A stretch of 64,000 bases of DNA from Octopus sinensis (Eukaryota), in NCBI RefSeq assembly GCF_006345805.1, contig NC_043001.1, forward strand, positions 34,162,001-34,226,000, written 5' to 3'. Made by a program: the position numbers and the translations under genes. A model generated the notes under the pieces. The model made no database searches. It saw only the letters and a list, made by a program, of their open reading frames with translations, and was not told where the DNA came from. Positions 36,137-48,992 of this stretch are shown piece by piece; position 1 is the first letter of the stretch, and each line of letters opens with the position of its first letter.

Positions 36137-36608
36137 ATGTCGAACTGATTCTGCCAGTCTACTGTCAATTTGCATGTAATTAATATAAGCACTTAAGCAC
36201 TTTCATTAACGTTATATCTGTTGCCAATACTCTGTATCTCACACGCCATAGTTATTTTTGACGCCGGTTTAGAATAAACGTCGACCAAAATAAAAAGTAA
36301 ATGAATAAAGAAAGAAATGAGTAAAAGCTTATCAAAAGATTCGTCGTTCATTTATGTTTGAAGATAAATTGAATTGGAAATTAGATTCGGGTTGTGAGTG
36401 TTCTGATTTGCATATAAAATATGAACTTGACAGCTGCAAAAGCCGTACAGGTTGCGTGTGACGCTAGCATATTTACTCGGCGTTTACTAAGACATGTGTT
36501 TTAGTTCCGTTCTGATGACAAAGAACATATTAACGCACACGCACACACTTATACAAATATATATATATATATATATATTTTATAGAAGGAGCTTCTACAG
36601 GACTAGAA

Positions 36609-36737
36609 CTCAATACAAAGCAGAGTAAAGTAATTTATTTTATAGAAGGAGCTTCAACAGGTCTAGAACTCCAGCCCTTCGAGTCCTGTAGAAGCTCCTT
36701 CTATAAAATAAATTACTTTACTCTGCTATGTATTGAG
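36609..36737. repeat. Hairpin (about 55-bp arms) with an upstream direct duplication of part of the arm
   Basis: ctcaatacaaagcagagtaaagtaatttattttatagaaggagcttc pairs with gaagctccttctataaaataaattactttactctgctatgtattgag; 36575-36611 repeats the inner arm. Confidence 0.8.
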
Positions 36738-36778
36738 TACCTTATTTACTGTGGTTAACCCCGACTCAACCCGGGACC

Positions 36779-36821
<43 letters not shown>

Positions 36822-37153
36822 GTAGACATGAAAATTATTCACAAATATACATAGGCTAAAATACGAACACGTTCTACATCACGTCCTAATGTGCATATGT
36901 GTTCGAAACTAGTGCGTGCGTACGAGCAAACGTGTGTGAAAAGGCGTGACCCTGAGGATAGGGCATCCGTTTCACGATCATAATGACGCAAGTTCAATTC
37001 CTGGATCAGGCGGTGGGTTGTGTCTTTAACCAATACACTTCACTTTACGTGGCTGTAGTCTACTCAAATGAAAATGAATAGCAGCTGAGTAGTGGTGCTA
37101 CTTAGTACGGCTCCCTCTCACCGACACACTCTCCCGTTACACACCACACACAC

Positions 37154-37186
<33 letters not shown>

Positions 37187-37528
37187 ATCACACCGTGATC
37201 ACCGTGACCGACCAGGCCATCAGATGTTGTTACACATCGCTGGTCACAATGCGCTTCGCATTGTTTTAGCCTTCAAATGACGCCACCCCGCTGGCTAAGC
37301 GAGCAGGCCAACAGAAGAAAGAATGAGAGAAAGAGTGGTGAAAGAGTACAGCAGGGATCAGCACCCCCTGCCGGAGCCTCGTGGAGCTTTTAGGTGTTTT
37401 CGCTTAATAAACACTCACAACGCCCGGCCTGGGAATCGAAACCGCGATCCTGCGACAGCGAGTCCGCTGCCCTAACCACTAGGCCATTGCGCCTCCACAC
37501 ACACACACACACACACAACACACACACC

Positions 37529-37583
<55 letters not shown>

Positions 37584-37610
37584 CATGTAAGTATGTATGT
37601 AGTATGTATG

Positions 37611-38184
37611 TGCATGTAAGTATGTATGTATGTATGTATGTATGTAGTATGTATGTATGTATACGTGCAACTTTGTTTTGTTTTATGTGTGTCTTCGCAT
37701 GCATATATTTGCATATCTAGATGTGTTCATACATACTTAAATGATACTTTTGGAAAGTTTTACAGATTTTTACAGTTCCAGTAATGGTTTATATCTGTAG
37801 ACTTCGAATCAGCTTTCTCCTTTCTGCTTTTGAGCACTTGTGACGTCGCAACTCCATTTCTACAGCTGAGTGAACAGGAGCAACATGAAATAAAGTGTCT
37901 TGCTCAAGAACACAACACGCAGCCCGCTCGGGATCCAACTCACAACCTCACGAGTGATTTACAAGACAAGTTAAAATAATGTTATTACAAACTATTCCTA
38001 TATTGGAGTAAATTTGGCTTACAGCTGTTTCCAGTAGTCATTATAGGTATATTACTGCCTCAATTGATTAATAGACCAGTTGAGTAAAAATATCTGTAAC
38101 CTATAATGACTACTGGAAACGGTGTAAGCCAAATTTACTCCAATAAAGGAATAATTTGTGATGAGCATTATTTTTTAACTTGTT

Positions 38185-38224
<40 letters not shown>

Positions 38225-38911
38225 TATAATATATATATATTATATATATATATATATATATTATATATTATATATATATATATATGTATATATAATATAT
38301 AATATAACAGAAACAGTTAAAAAATAATGCTCATCACAAATTATTCCTTTATTGGAGTAAATTTGGCTTACACCTGTTTCCAGTAGTCATTATAGGTTAC
38401 AGATATTTTTACTCAACTGGTCTATTAATCAATTGAGGCAGTAATATACCTATAATGACTACTGGAAACAGCTGTAAGCCAAATTTACTCCAATATAGGA
38501 ATAGTTTGTAATAACCATTATTTTAACTTGTCTTGTAAATCACTCGTGAGGTTGTGAGTTGGAATCCCCGAGCGGGCTGCGTGTTGTGTTCTTGAGCAAG
38601 ACACTTTATTTCATGTTGCTCCTGTTCACTCAGCTGTAGAAATGAGTTGCGACGTCACAAGTGCTCAAAAGCAGAAAGGAGAAAGCTGATTCGAAGTCTA
38701 CAGATATAAACCATTACTGGAACTGTAAAAATCTGTAAAACTTTCCAAAAGTTTATCATTTAAGTATGTATGAACACATCTAGATATGCAAATATATGCA
38801 TGCGAAGACACACATAAAACAAAACAAAGTTGCACGTATACATACATACATACATACATACATACATACATACATACATACATACATACATACATACATA
38901 CTTACATGCAT
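37611..38911. repeat. About 1.3-kb near-perfect palindrome centred on an (AT)n tract
   Basis: 37661-38188 is the reverse complement of 38307-38841, differing almost only by 1-2-nt indels; each arm holds a nested inverted repeat of about 50 bp. Confidence 0.9.
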
Positions 38912-39408
38912 ACAAAACTACCCGACTGATGTTGTTGAAATTCCAATGAAGTTGTCTTGGGTTTAGGTTAGAAACTGGCTCTTTCTCTATTAGCAAGAAA
39001 TCTTGAAATAAAGCTGAATAATGACATACATACATACATACATACATACATACATACATACATACATACATACATAAAGGAGCACTCCGTCGGTTACGAC
39101 GACGAGGGTACCAGCTGATTCGATCAACGGAACAGCTTGCTCATGAAAATTAACGTGCAAGTGGCTGAGCACTCCACAGACACGTGTACCCTTAACGTAG
39201 TTTGCAAGGATATTCAGCGTGACACAGAGTGTGACAAGGCTGGCCCTTTTTTGAAGTACAGGTATTACTCATTTTTGCCAGCTGAGTGGACTGGAGCAAC
39301 GTGAAATAAAGTGTCTTGCTCAAGGACACAACGCGTCGCCGGGAATCGAACTCACAACTTTACGATCATGAGCCGAATGCCCTAACCACTAAACCACGCG
39401 CCCTCACA

Positions 39409-39441
<33 letters not shown>

Positions 39442-41039
39442 TCTATTTATTTCCATTTTAATATTATATGTATGTAAAGTGGCGAGCTGGCAGAATCGTT
39501 TGGACGCCTGGCATAATGCTTAGCGGCATTTCGTCCGTTTTTACGTTCTGTGGTCGACTTTGCGTTTCAACCTTTCTGGGTCGACAAAATAAGTACAAGT
39601 TGAGGATTGTCCCTTGAAATTGCCAAAATTTGAAACCGATATTATATGTGTGTGCGTGTATGCGTGCATGTTTGTGTGAATTTATATATTCAGCATGTAT
39701 CTGGTCACAGGTGCCAAGCCTTTGCCTTTCCCTTGGAGAATACCGGTGGCGTGGAGAGGGAAGGCCGGTATGCATGGGTGACTGCTGGTCTTCCTTAAAC
39801 AACCTTGCCCGGACTTGTTCCTGGGGAGGGGGGAGGGGTAAGTTTCTAGGTGCAATTCTTCATCTTGACTGGGAAATATAAAAATTTCGACAATTTTTGG
39901 TAATTTCGTATACTCGCAGCGATGCCAGTCGGTATGTATACTCCTTGAAAATGTCCAGTTTTGTCTAGACCATAGAGTTGCTGTAACTATCTTTAACACG
40001 CTCAAACTACTTTGATCTATCATTTATATCTTCCGAAGATATTTGTTCGTTCGTAATTTCTGCTTTTCCTTCAGCTTTACTATGAGGTAGCGTTCTATTT
40101 TCCTGAGTGGTTCGATAATCATTATACCACTAATTAGATTGCTTCATATTGGTTTCAAATTTTGGCACAAGGGTCGCAATTTCGGGGGCAGGGGGGTGCA
40201 AGTCGATTACATCGACCCTAGTGATCAACTGGTACTTATTTTATCGACCCCTAAAGGATGAAAGGCAAAGTCGACATCAGCCGAATCTGAACTCAGAACG
40301 TAAAGACAGACGAAATCCCGCTAAGCATTTTACCCGGCGTATTACTGTTTCTGCCAGCTTGCCGCTTTTAGACTCCTTAATATTAATATTAGCCAAATAG
40401 AATATAATTGATTTGGGTACAACTCTACGCTTTGCTTACTCCACTGTAGCCTAACATTCCCGTATCTAAAGGCTTTTCTTCGTCCCTCGTATTTTACAAA
40501 CTTCTGTGCGCGTCTTATATTGCTTTCGACGACACGTGTTTCACAATAAATCGCCAGAATACCCCATAAGGTCGTAGAGTTACTTCGGTATTTCAACATA
40601 GATTAGCAACACGAGCACCTTCACTACATACACCAACACGTTCCGGTTAATTAACACAATTCTTACTTCATATTTTTCTTTTCCACATTCGTTATGGAAA
40701 ACCATGATGTGTATATGGATATTTAATATCATTGCTTTGAGAATTCTGCGTTATCATTCAGAACTTGCTTACGATATCAGGAACACTCAACAGGATATGG
40801 TTTACATGTTGCCAGAATATGTTAAAAAAATTACATAGTTTCTTGCTTATGACAGTTAATAGTGTCAATTCGGTACAACAATCTAGATTAATTACATTAC
40901 TTGTTCTTTTCTCGACAATATTTCCTTAGGGTACTGCCAATCACCTCGGTTTCCAGATATGTCCGACACAATAATGGTGACCTCGTCAACATAAGCCGAC
41001 AGAGAATCCTAGTCCCCGCGAGATGCTTCTCCACATATT

Positions 41040-42430
41040 CAGTAATGTCTCGAGAGCCAGCTCGTACAGAAGGGGCGAGAGTGGATAGTGTTGACGGACA
41101 GAACGTGCACTGTTAAACGATTCCGATTATGGACCATCCACTTATCGGAACAGATGTCACTGCACATTGCAGCTATCCAGCCTCGGAAAACGGAACCGCA
41201 AACGATTGCTGCGAGGACAACTTCCAAGTATTAGTGGTCGACCCTATCAAAAGCTTTTGATTGGTCCAAATTGGTCAGAGTTCCACCCATGCCAGGATCT
41301 TTCCGAACCCTCTCTATTATGTAAGGTGTAAGGTGTGAAGTGAGGTTGTTATGGGCCGATCTGTTTGGGATAGCGCTTGTCTGCGCGTCACCGACCACTT
41401 TATCGACAAGTACCAACCTCCTAGTTCATACCTTGGCCAAAATCTTGTAATCTGCATTTAGCAGAGTTACATGCCTAAAATTATCTATTGGGTTCCTCTT
41501 ATTTGGGTCCTTTCACGGCACAGGAAATTCTCTGCTTCTGTTGCCAGTTGCGGTAGACATCTACCAAGAGATCACCAAACAAGCCTGGCGTATGAAGATA
41601 AAGCTCGAAAGTTAGACCATCCAGCCCCAGAAACTTCTTCCTTGTGTAGCAAGTCATCGCGCCCCGTATGCCTTCGAGTGTTATCAACATTTCGTAGAAC
41701 ACCGCATCCCTGGCCGAAAGGCACGGCATGCAGTCGAGCTAGGAGGTGCAATCCATTTCTGGTTTCGTTCCACTGCGGGTTCCGTACAGTTCTGCAAAGT
41801 GCCGCTGAAATTCCGCACATAAGAAGCAAGAGCCTGCTCCGGCCTGTCAAAAACCAAATTATGACTTTGTTTCGCCTCTGTTATCCAGTCCATCAAACGG
41901 CCTCCATCTTCTCGTGTCTTAGTGCACGTACCTTATTTCTAACAACACATCCTTCGTGCTTGACATTGAAGTAATCAAGAGACAATCTTGCCGCCAGCAC
42001 ATCGGTCGCAATTCCTCTACTAAATGCCTCTTCTTGTTTCCTAACTAGGTTTCCCTATATCCAAGATTCCTCTAAGCTAATTCTTTACTAAATCCTTACG
42101 CCTCTAATCTAATAGCCCTTTTCAGAGCTATCCACCATCGATTGTTGATGATTTCATTCGACAACTTCCGATGGACTAACTTTCTAACCCGGTCTCTGAA
42201 AGCTTAGGGAAAGACGTGCTCAGCTTCCAATATCCAAGGCTGTGCCTATGAATCCTATCCTGGCCGACAGCACAGATCACAAATTTGTGGTCTGCGTAGC
42301 TGATGACTTTGAATTGTGGACGACTTATGCTACTTCTACCAACTGGCCTACAGAATATTCTATCTAGATACGATCTGGAAGACTCGGTACTGTTTGCCTA
42401 TGTCTACATTGGCATGTTCGGGAAATCCAG
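41040..42430 (-). mobile_element. L1/Tx1-clade LINE remnant (APE endonuclease end + RT)
   Basis: SYLDRIFC...ADHKFV; GLDGLTFELY...FGDLLVDVY.NWQQ; VTLLNADYKILAK; NLDQSKAFDRVDH. Many stops and frameshifts. Confidence 0.85.
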
Positions 42431-42859
42431 TCGGTATCTGTCAGTCAGTTGAGAGCGGCTGTGCAGGTTTGCGAGGCTTTTAAACTTCAAGTAATAATGA
42501 TGATAAATACCTGAGATGGTGATAAACTCATGACAGAGTGACACTGCCAGCCGATTTCGATTCTCGGTTGATGTGATTTTGTTTCGTGTACGATTCTAAA
42601 GCGGGGTGGGTACAGCATTAGCATCGTAATATCTGATTGAAGTCATGGGACCATTGTGCCAAGTTAAAACATGAATAATATTTCTAGAAGAAACAAAACA
42701 CGACTGGATGAGTATTTGAATATAAGAAAAAAAAAAACTATAGATAGATCGAAGTAATGACCTGGTTAATTATTTTTCATTGATTTAAGTTGACTTTTCT
42801 TCGCCGACAATCCTCTTAACAAAACCACAAATTTGACACAGTATCCCCTTCCTGTAAGA

Positions 42860-43554
42860 CAATGCTCCACAACCTTTTTTCCACTTGCGGTACACTTACC
42901 GTAAACCCTCGAGTATAGTCCGCCCTTGAGTATAATACGCAGGGGACTTTGGGGGGAGGGGCTGTACCTCTGAAAAACCTAAACCTTGTGTATAATACGC
43001 ACCCCTTCTCTAACTTGAGTCAAGGAGGTCTATATAACATCCTTGGTTTGTGAAAATGTATACGGTAACAGAAAATGTATACGGTAACAGAAAATGTATA
43101 CGGTAACAGAAAATAAAGAAATAACAGTAATAACAAAATAAACAAATAACAGTAATAACTAATAACGTTTAATAAAAGTTGCTTATTGCAAGTTATGGAT
43201 GATTCTTTTATGACTTCATTGCTTTCAGGCTTAGCTTAAGGTATTTTCGCGCCCTACATCATAAAATGCGTCTGAATAAACATTGCCGGACAGGAAATAG
43301 CAACTAGGACATTACTTAGAAAATAATTTTTCATTTTTAACCTCGTATATAGTACGCACTAGGGATTTTGACTTTTAAATTTTTGGGAAAAAATGCAGAT
43401 TATACTCGAGGATTTACGATATATTCTTTTCAAAATTCGGGAGCACACCTGAACTAAAAATATAACTAAAAGTATAGGGGAAAAAATCATATTCAGGCTT
43501 CACTGCGTCTCGTGGTATACCAATGTGCCGCGATATACCGGTTGCGGAGCACTG
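42860..43554. mobile_element. hAT MITE (family of 23120-23292) carrying a nested insertion
   Basis: CAATGCTCC...GGAGCACTG; TSD ctgtaaga / ctctaaga. Confidence 0.8.
42899..43419. mobile_element. Tc2/pogo-like MITE nested at a TA
   Basis: TA|CCGTAAACCCTCGAGTATA...TATACTCGAGGATTTACGA|TA; removing it restores the 23120 MITE sequence. Contains a 19-bp unit (aaaatgtatacggtaacag) three times. Confidence 0.75.
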
Positions 43555-44457
43555 CTCTAAGATATAGAGCGTTTGTAATCAGTCAAAAACAAGCCAAGTG
43601 CAGACTAGTGTTGTAGAGTACTTCTTAGAGAAGGCGCGTAGTTTAGTGGTTAGAGTATTCGGCCCACGATCGTCAAGGTCGTGAGTTCGATTCCCAGCGG
43701 CGCGTTGTGTTCTTGAGCAAGGTACTCTTTTACTCTTTTACTTGTTTCAGTCATTTGACTGCGGCCATGCTGGAGCATCGCCTTTAACCGAGCAACTCGA
43801 CCCCGGGACTTATTCTTTTGTAAGCCCAGTACTTATTCTATCGGTCTCTTTGCCGAACCGCTAAGTAACGGAACTTTATTTCACGTTGCTTCAATCTACT
43901 CAGCTGGCAAAAATGAGTAGCACCTGTATTTCGAAGGGCCAGCTTTGTCACATTCTGTGTCACGCTGAATATCCATAAGAACTAGGTTAAGGGTACGCGA
44001 GTCTGTGGAGCTCTTAGCCACTTGCACCTTTATTTCACGTGCAAGCTGTTCCGTCGATCGGATCAACGGGCACCCTCGTTTTCGTAACTGACAAGTGCCT
44101 GTCGATCCGACCAACTGGAGCTCTCGTAGTCGTAACTGACAGAAAGCCAGTTTAGAGCACTCTCGATCATCTGAGAATATATTTAGGTTCTCTTTCCCTG
44201 AGGTACTTATATCATTGTTTAGCAATATATGACAGTTACGTGATAAATTAATATATTCTTACCTTCCTCTGCATTTACAGTCTTATGTTAAACGTTGTGA
44301 GAAGCTAAGTTCAAATGTTATGGGACCATTCATTGAAATATGTTATCTTTCTCTAAGGAACTCGTGTCCTTGAACACACTATGAAAGTCATGCAATACTT
44401 TGATACGTTCCCTACTCTTTCCACTACAAATATGTCTTAACAATAAATCATCATTGC

Positions 44458-44935
44458 ATGTGTGTGTGTGTGTGTGTGTGCGTGCGCACGCGTGAGCTTG
44501 TGTGTGTATACATACATATGTATACATCCATACTCAAACACACGCACACTCACTTACACTCACTCACACACACATGTCTATTTATGTATGTATGCATGCA
44601 TGCATGTATGTATGTGTGTATGTATGTATGTATGTATGTATGTATGTATGTATGTATGTATGTATGTACGTGTGCGTGTGTGTGTGCGTATGTGCGCGCG
44701 CACGTGTGAGTGTGTGTGTGTATACATACATATGTATACATCCATACTCAAACACACGCACACTCACTTACACTCACTTACACACACATGTCTATGTATA
44801 TATGTATACATGTACGCATGTATGTGTGTATGTCTATGTATGTATGTATGTATGCATGCATGTATGTATGTATGTATGTATGTATGTATGTATGTATGTA
44901 TGTATGTATGTATGTATGTATGTATGTATGTATGT
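44458..44935. repeat. Higher-order duplication (about 215-bp period) of a CA/TATG microsatellite block
   Basis: gtgtatacatacatatgtatacatccatactcaaacacacgcacactcacttacactcact occurs at about 44504 and 44718. Confidence 0.85.
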
Positions 44936-46600
44936 GTCCCGACACTGTAACTTAATATCAATGAGCAATATGTTGACGACAACCCGCTAAACACGTATAT
45001 TAAATGAACATTTAAAGCAAAACAGCATTTCACTGTGAAGCTCATGAGGTTTGTATTAGTCATTAATCATCAGTCAGTATAACAAAACGACACTCATATC
45101 TCTTGTAAGAGGAGTGAATGATGTAATACCTCAGACATACAGCTATAAATATTAGGCTTTGTGTCTGTTGAAAGAAAACCTATAACTACTTCATATGCAC
45201 ACTGGGAATAGTTTTTTAAACTAGATTTTATGGTTAACTTAAAGTCAATTTTTTTCGCTCTTTTCAAGTCTAGCCAGGTTCATGGGCCCGGTTTCCCGGT
45301 TTCTATGGCGTACCTGTTCCCCTCAGCTGGACGGGACGCCAGTCCATCGCAGCATTACTCAAGAAACAGGAAGAGAAAGTGAGAGAAGGTTGTGAAGAAA
45401 GAGTACAACAGGGGTCGTCACCACCCCCTGCCGGAGCCTTGTGGAGCTTTTGGGTGTTTTCGCTAAATAGACGCACACAACGTCCGGTCTGGGAATCGAA
45501 ACCGCGATCCTCTGACCGCGAGTCGGCTGCCCTAACCACTGGGCTATTGCGCCTCCATTAAATTAAAGTCATAGATACTAAAAACGTCTTTAAAATTGTA
45601 TCTGTTTCAAAAATTTTCAGTTTTAGTCTATTTCTTTCATTTCTATAGGCGCGTGGCTTAGTGGTTAGGGCATTCGGCTCACGATTGTAAGTACGTGAGT
45701 TCAATTCCAGGCGACGCGTTGTGTCCTTGAGCAAGACACTTTATTTCACGTTGCTCCAGTCCACTTAGCTGACAAAAATGAGTTTGTATCTGTATTTCAA
45801 AAAAGGGCCGTCCTTGTCACACTCTGTGTCACACTGAATCTCTCTGAGAACTACATTAGGGGTACGTGTGTCTGCGGATTGCTCAGTCACTTACATGCTA
45901 ATTTCACGAGCAGGCTGCTCCGTTGATCATATCAGTTCGGACCCTCGTCTTCGTAACCGACAGAGTGCTCTTATTAATTTCTACTATGACACAGTTCCTG
46001 AAAGTTTGGGTTAGAATGGAAGGGGGTGGATAAAAAAATCGACTACATCGACCCGTCTCCGTGTTCGACTGGCACTTATTGTATCGACCCCAAAAGAATG
46101 GAAGGCAAATAGACGTAAGAAGTGCAGCTAAGTATTTTGTTCGACGCACTAACGATTCATCCAGCTTGTCACTTTGTTATTAACAATGATTAAGGTGGTG
46201 AGCTGGCTGAAAAGTTAGCACGCCGGGCGAAATTCTTAGCAGTATTTCATCTGCCGCTACGTTCTGAGTTAAAATTCTGCCGAGGTCTACTTTGCCTTTC
46301 ATCCTTTTGGGGTCGATTAAATAAGTACCAGTTACGCACTGGTGTCGATATAATCGACTTAATCCGTTTGTGTGTCCTTGTTTGTCCCCTCTGTGTTTAG
46401 CCCCTTGTGGGTAGTAAAGAAATAAGTATTTCGTCTGTCTTTACGCTCGGAGTTCAAATTCCGCCGAGGTCGACTTTGCCTTTCATCTTTTCTGGGTCGA
46501 TTAAATAACAATTGCAAGTCGCTAACTATTAAAAAACATGGCCAAGGTGGGAATTCCCGAGGACCTTATACATACACACACACACAAACACACACGCACA

Positions 46601-46688
<88 letters not shown>

Positions 46689-46772
46689 CACACACATAAC
46701 ATATATATACATATAAAGGTATTCCAGCTATGACCATCTCGTCACATTTTTCGTTTCTCTCTCTTTTTCTCA

Positions 46773-46812
<40 letters not shown>

Positions 46813-47622
46813 TATATATATATACACATATATATATGTATGTATATATATATGATTATATGTTATCTCAGTCAGGTTCGACATTGGACTAAGTAGCCAC
46901 GACAACAACAACAACAACAACAACAACAACAGCTTGTTAAATAACTAATGTTAGTGTATATAACTATAAAGACAGTAATTGAATATTCTATTAAATGTTT
47001 GCTCGATCTGTCAACGATGAAAAGGAAGTTCAATGAAGTCTAAAGGAAATATCAATTTGTCATTTGTCAATCGTTCTTTCATTTATCCTAGGTAAGTAAC
47101 AGCTAATAATTAGAGGTTTCGATTATTAATGAGTCTGTTAAATGAAAATATACACTAAAACAACATTTACAATTATCTACAGCACACATAAAAATTCTAG
47201 AACACATCCTAAAGAAAGCCATTGAAAGCCATCCGACCGATTAGTAAAGACCCATTCACCAACACAATTTTAGGTCAATAGAGGTGCTAGCTCCTCTCGC
47301 TTCCCATCCTATTACGATTGCAACACCTCGAACCCAGCAAGCTGTGTACCACATCCGTCACTCTCCCTCTACGTTATGTCGTTCCTAGACTCAGTATTAA
47401 TCACTGAGACTAATCCTTCTTTCTCTGAGTAAGATCCCTCTGGAATTCTATCCTCTGGACTTATTCTTTGGAAGCCTAGTACTTATTCTAGCGGTCTCTT
47501 TTGCCGAACCGCTAAGTTACGGGGACGTAAATACATCACCATCGGTTGTCAAGCGATGTTGGGAGACAAAGAAAGACGCACAAACATATACACACACACA
47601 TATACATACATACATACATACA

Positions 47623-47682
<60 letters not shown>

Positions 47683-48656
47683 ATATATACACGACGGGCT
47701 TCTTTCAGTTTGCATGTACCAAATCCACTCACAAGGCTTTGGTCGGCCCGAGGCTATAGTAGAAGACACTTGCCCAAGGTGCTACGCAGTGGGAATGAAC
47801 CCGGAACCATGTGGTTGGTAAGCAAGCTACTTACCACACAGCCACTCCTGTGTGGAGAAAATAAAACTACTTGCGATTGACAGAGAGACATTTATCTTTC
47901 ATCTACTTAACTCTAAAAAAAAAAACTGAACATAAATATCAGTCAGTATGTTTATTTTTCGTTTTTGGATTTGGTTTGCAAGATTCTTTATATGAGTTCG
48001 TGTGTTGAAGCATATTCTGTTGTGACTCTCACCAGACACAACAGAGTATGTTTATTGTTATTTGAAAAAGATTAGTTTAGCTACATCTTCTAAGTTTAAA
48101 TATTGCTGAAGGTCATAATTTTATGAGGTATGCGGGTATTTTAAAAATACCACACAGAGTGATGACAGTGTCCTGCATAGTTACGGTTTGCTCTTTGGAA
48201 ATGCATAGCACCTGTTCACTCTACATGTCAAGGATATTGCGAAGTCATGGTACTTCAGCATGGTGGTTGTGAAGAGCTAGCGGAAGTGCTCGACTGGGCC
48301 AATATTGTTTCTTACATTGATACTGAGCGGAAGAATCCTAGATGAACTATGGTTAAGATGACCAAGCTCTAACAGTAACTCATCATAGGGTTTGGCATCC
48401 GTGGTTGTGTAATCAGCTAATGAAAAAATTTTCTGTGACTCATGCTCTCAATTCAAATTCATAATAATGGAATTGGATGGCGACAGACAGTGATGAGAAT
48501 CCGTGATAGCGAAAAAGGTAAGACAAAAACTTCATTCTCTGGGGCTAATAGTAAAAGTAGTAAAAACAATATTAGTATACTATGAACACTGTAATTTGAG
48601 ACTGACAGTTTCAGTCCAAAGTTGTAGATATTTTGTCTCTGGCTATTAAAGTCCTT

Positions 48657-48699
<43 letters not shown>

Positions 48700-48794
48700 A
48701 GTTCAGCAGAATTTAGATTCAAATGAATATGGTACTTAAGTTAGATGTACCAGAATTTTGTATGGTGTTATCCTTATAAACCCATGGGGTGATT

Positions 48795-48949
48795 ATAATC
48801 AAAATAAGCAACAAGAATAACTTCGCTAATTTGGTACGATCGTTTCACGCTACATCATTTTATTAAGTATTACAACAGTTTTAAAATGATGTAGCGTGAA
48901 ACGATCGTACCAAATTACCTAAGTTATTCTTGTTGCTTATTTTGAGTAT
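48795..48949. repeat. Hairpin, about 65-bp arms
   Basis: aaaataagcaacaagaataac...aatttggtacgatcgtttcacgctacatcatttta pairs with taaaatgatgtagcgtgaaacgatcgtaccaaatt...gttattcttgttgcttatttt. Confidence 0.85.
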
Positions 48950-48960
48950 ATATATATTAG

Positions 48961-48992
<32 letters not shown>

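Noticed and set aside
47940-48450. Complex non-microsatellite stretch, possibly an old TE (also 39880-40140, 40420-40620, 59230-59700)
   Set aside because: Stops in all frames and no motif I can identify with confidence; needs a repeat-library search.
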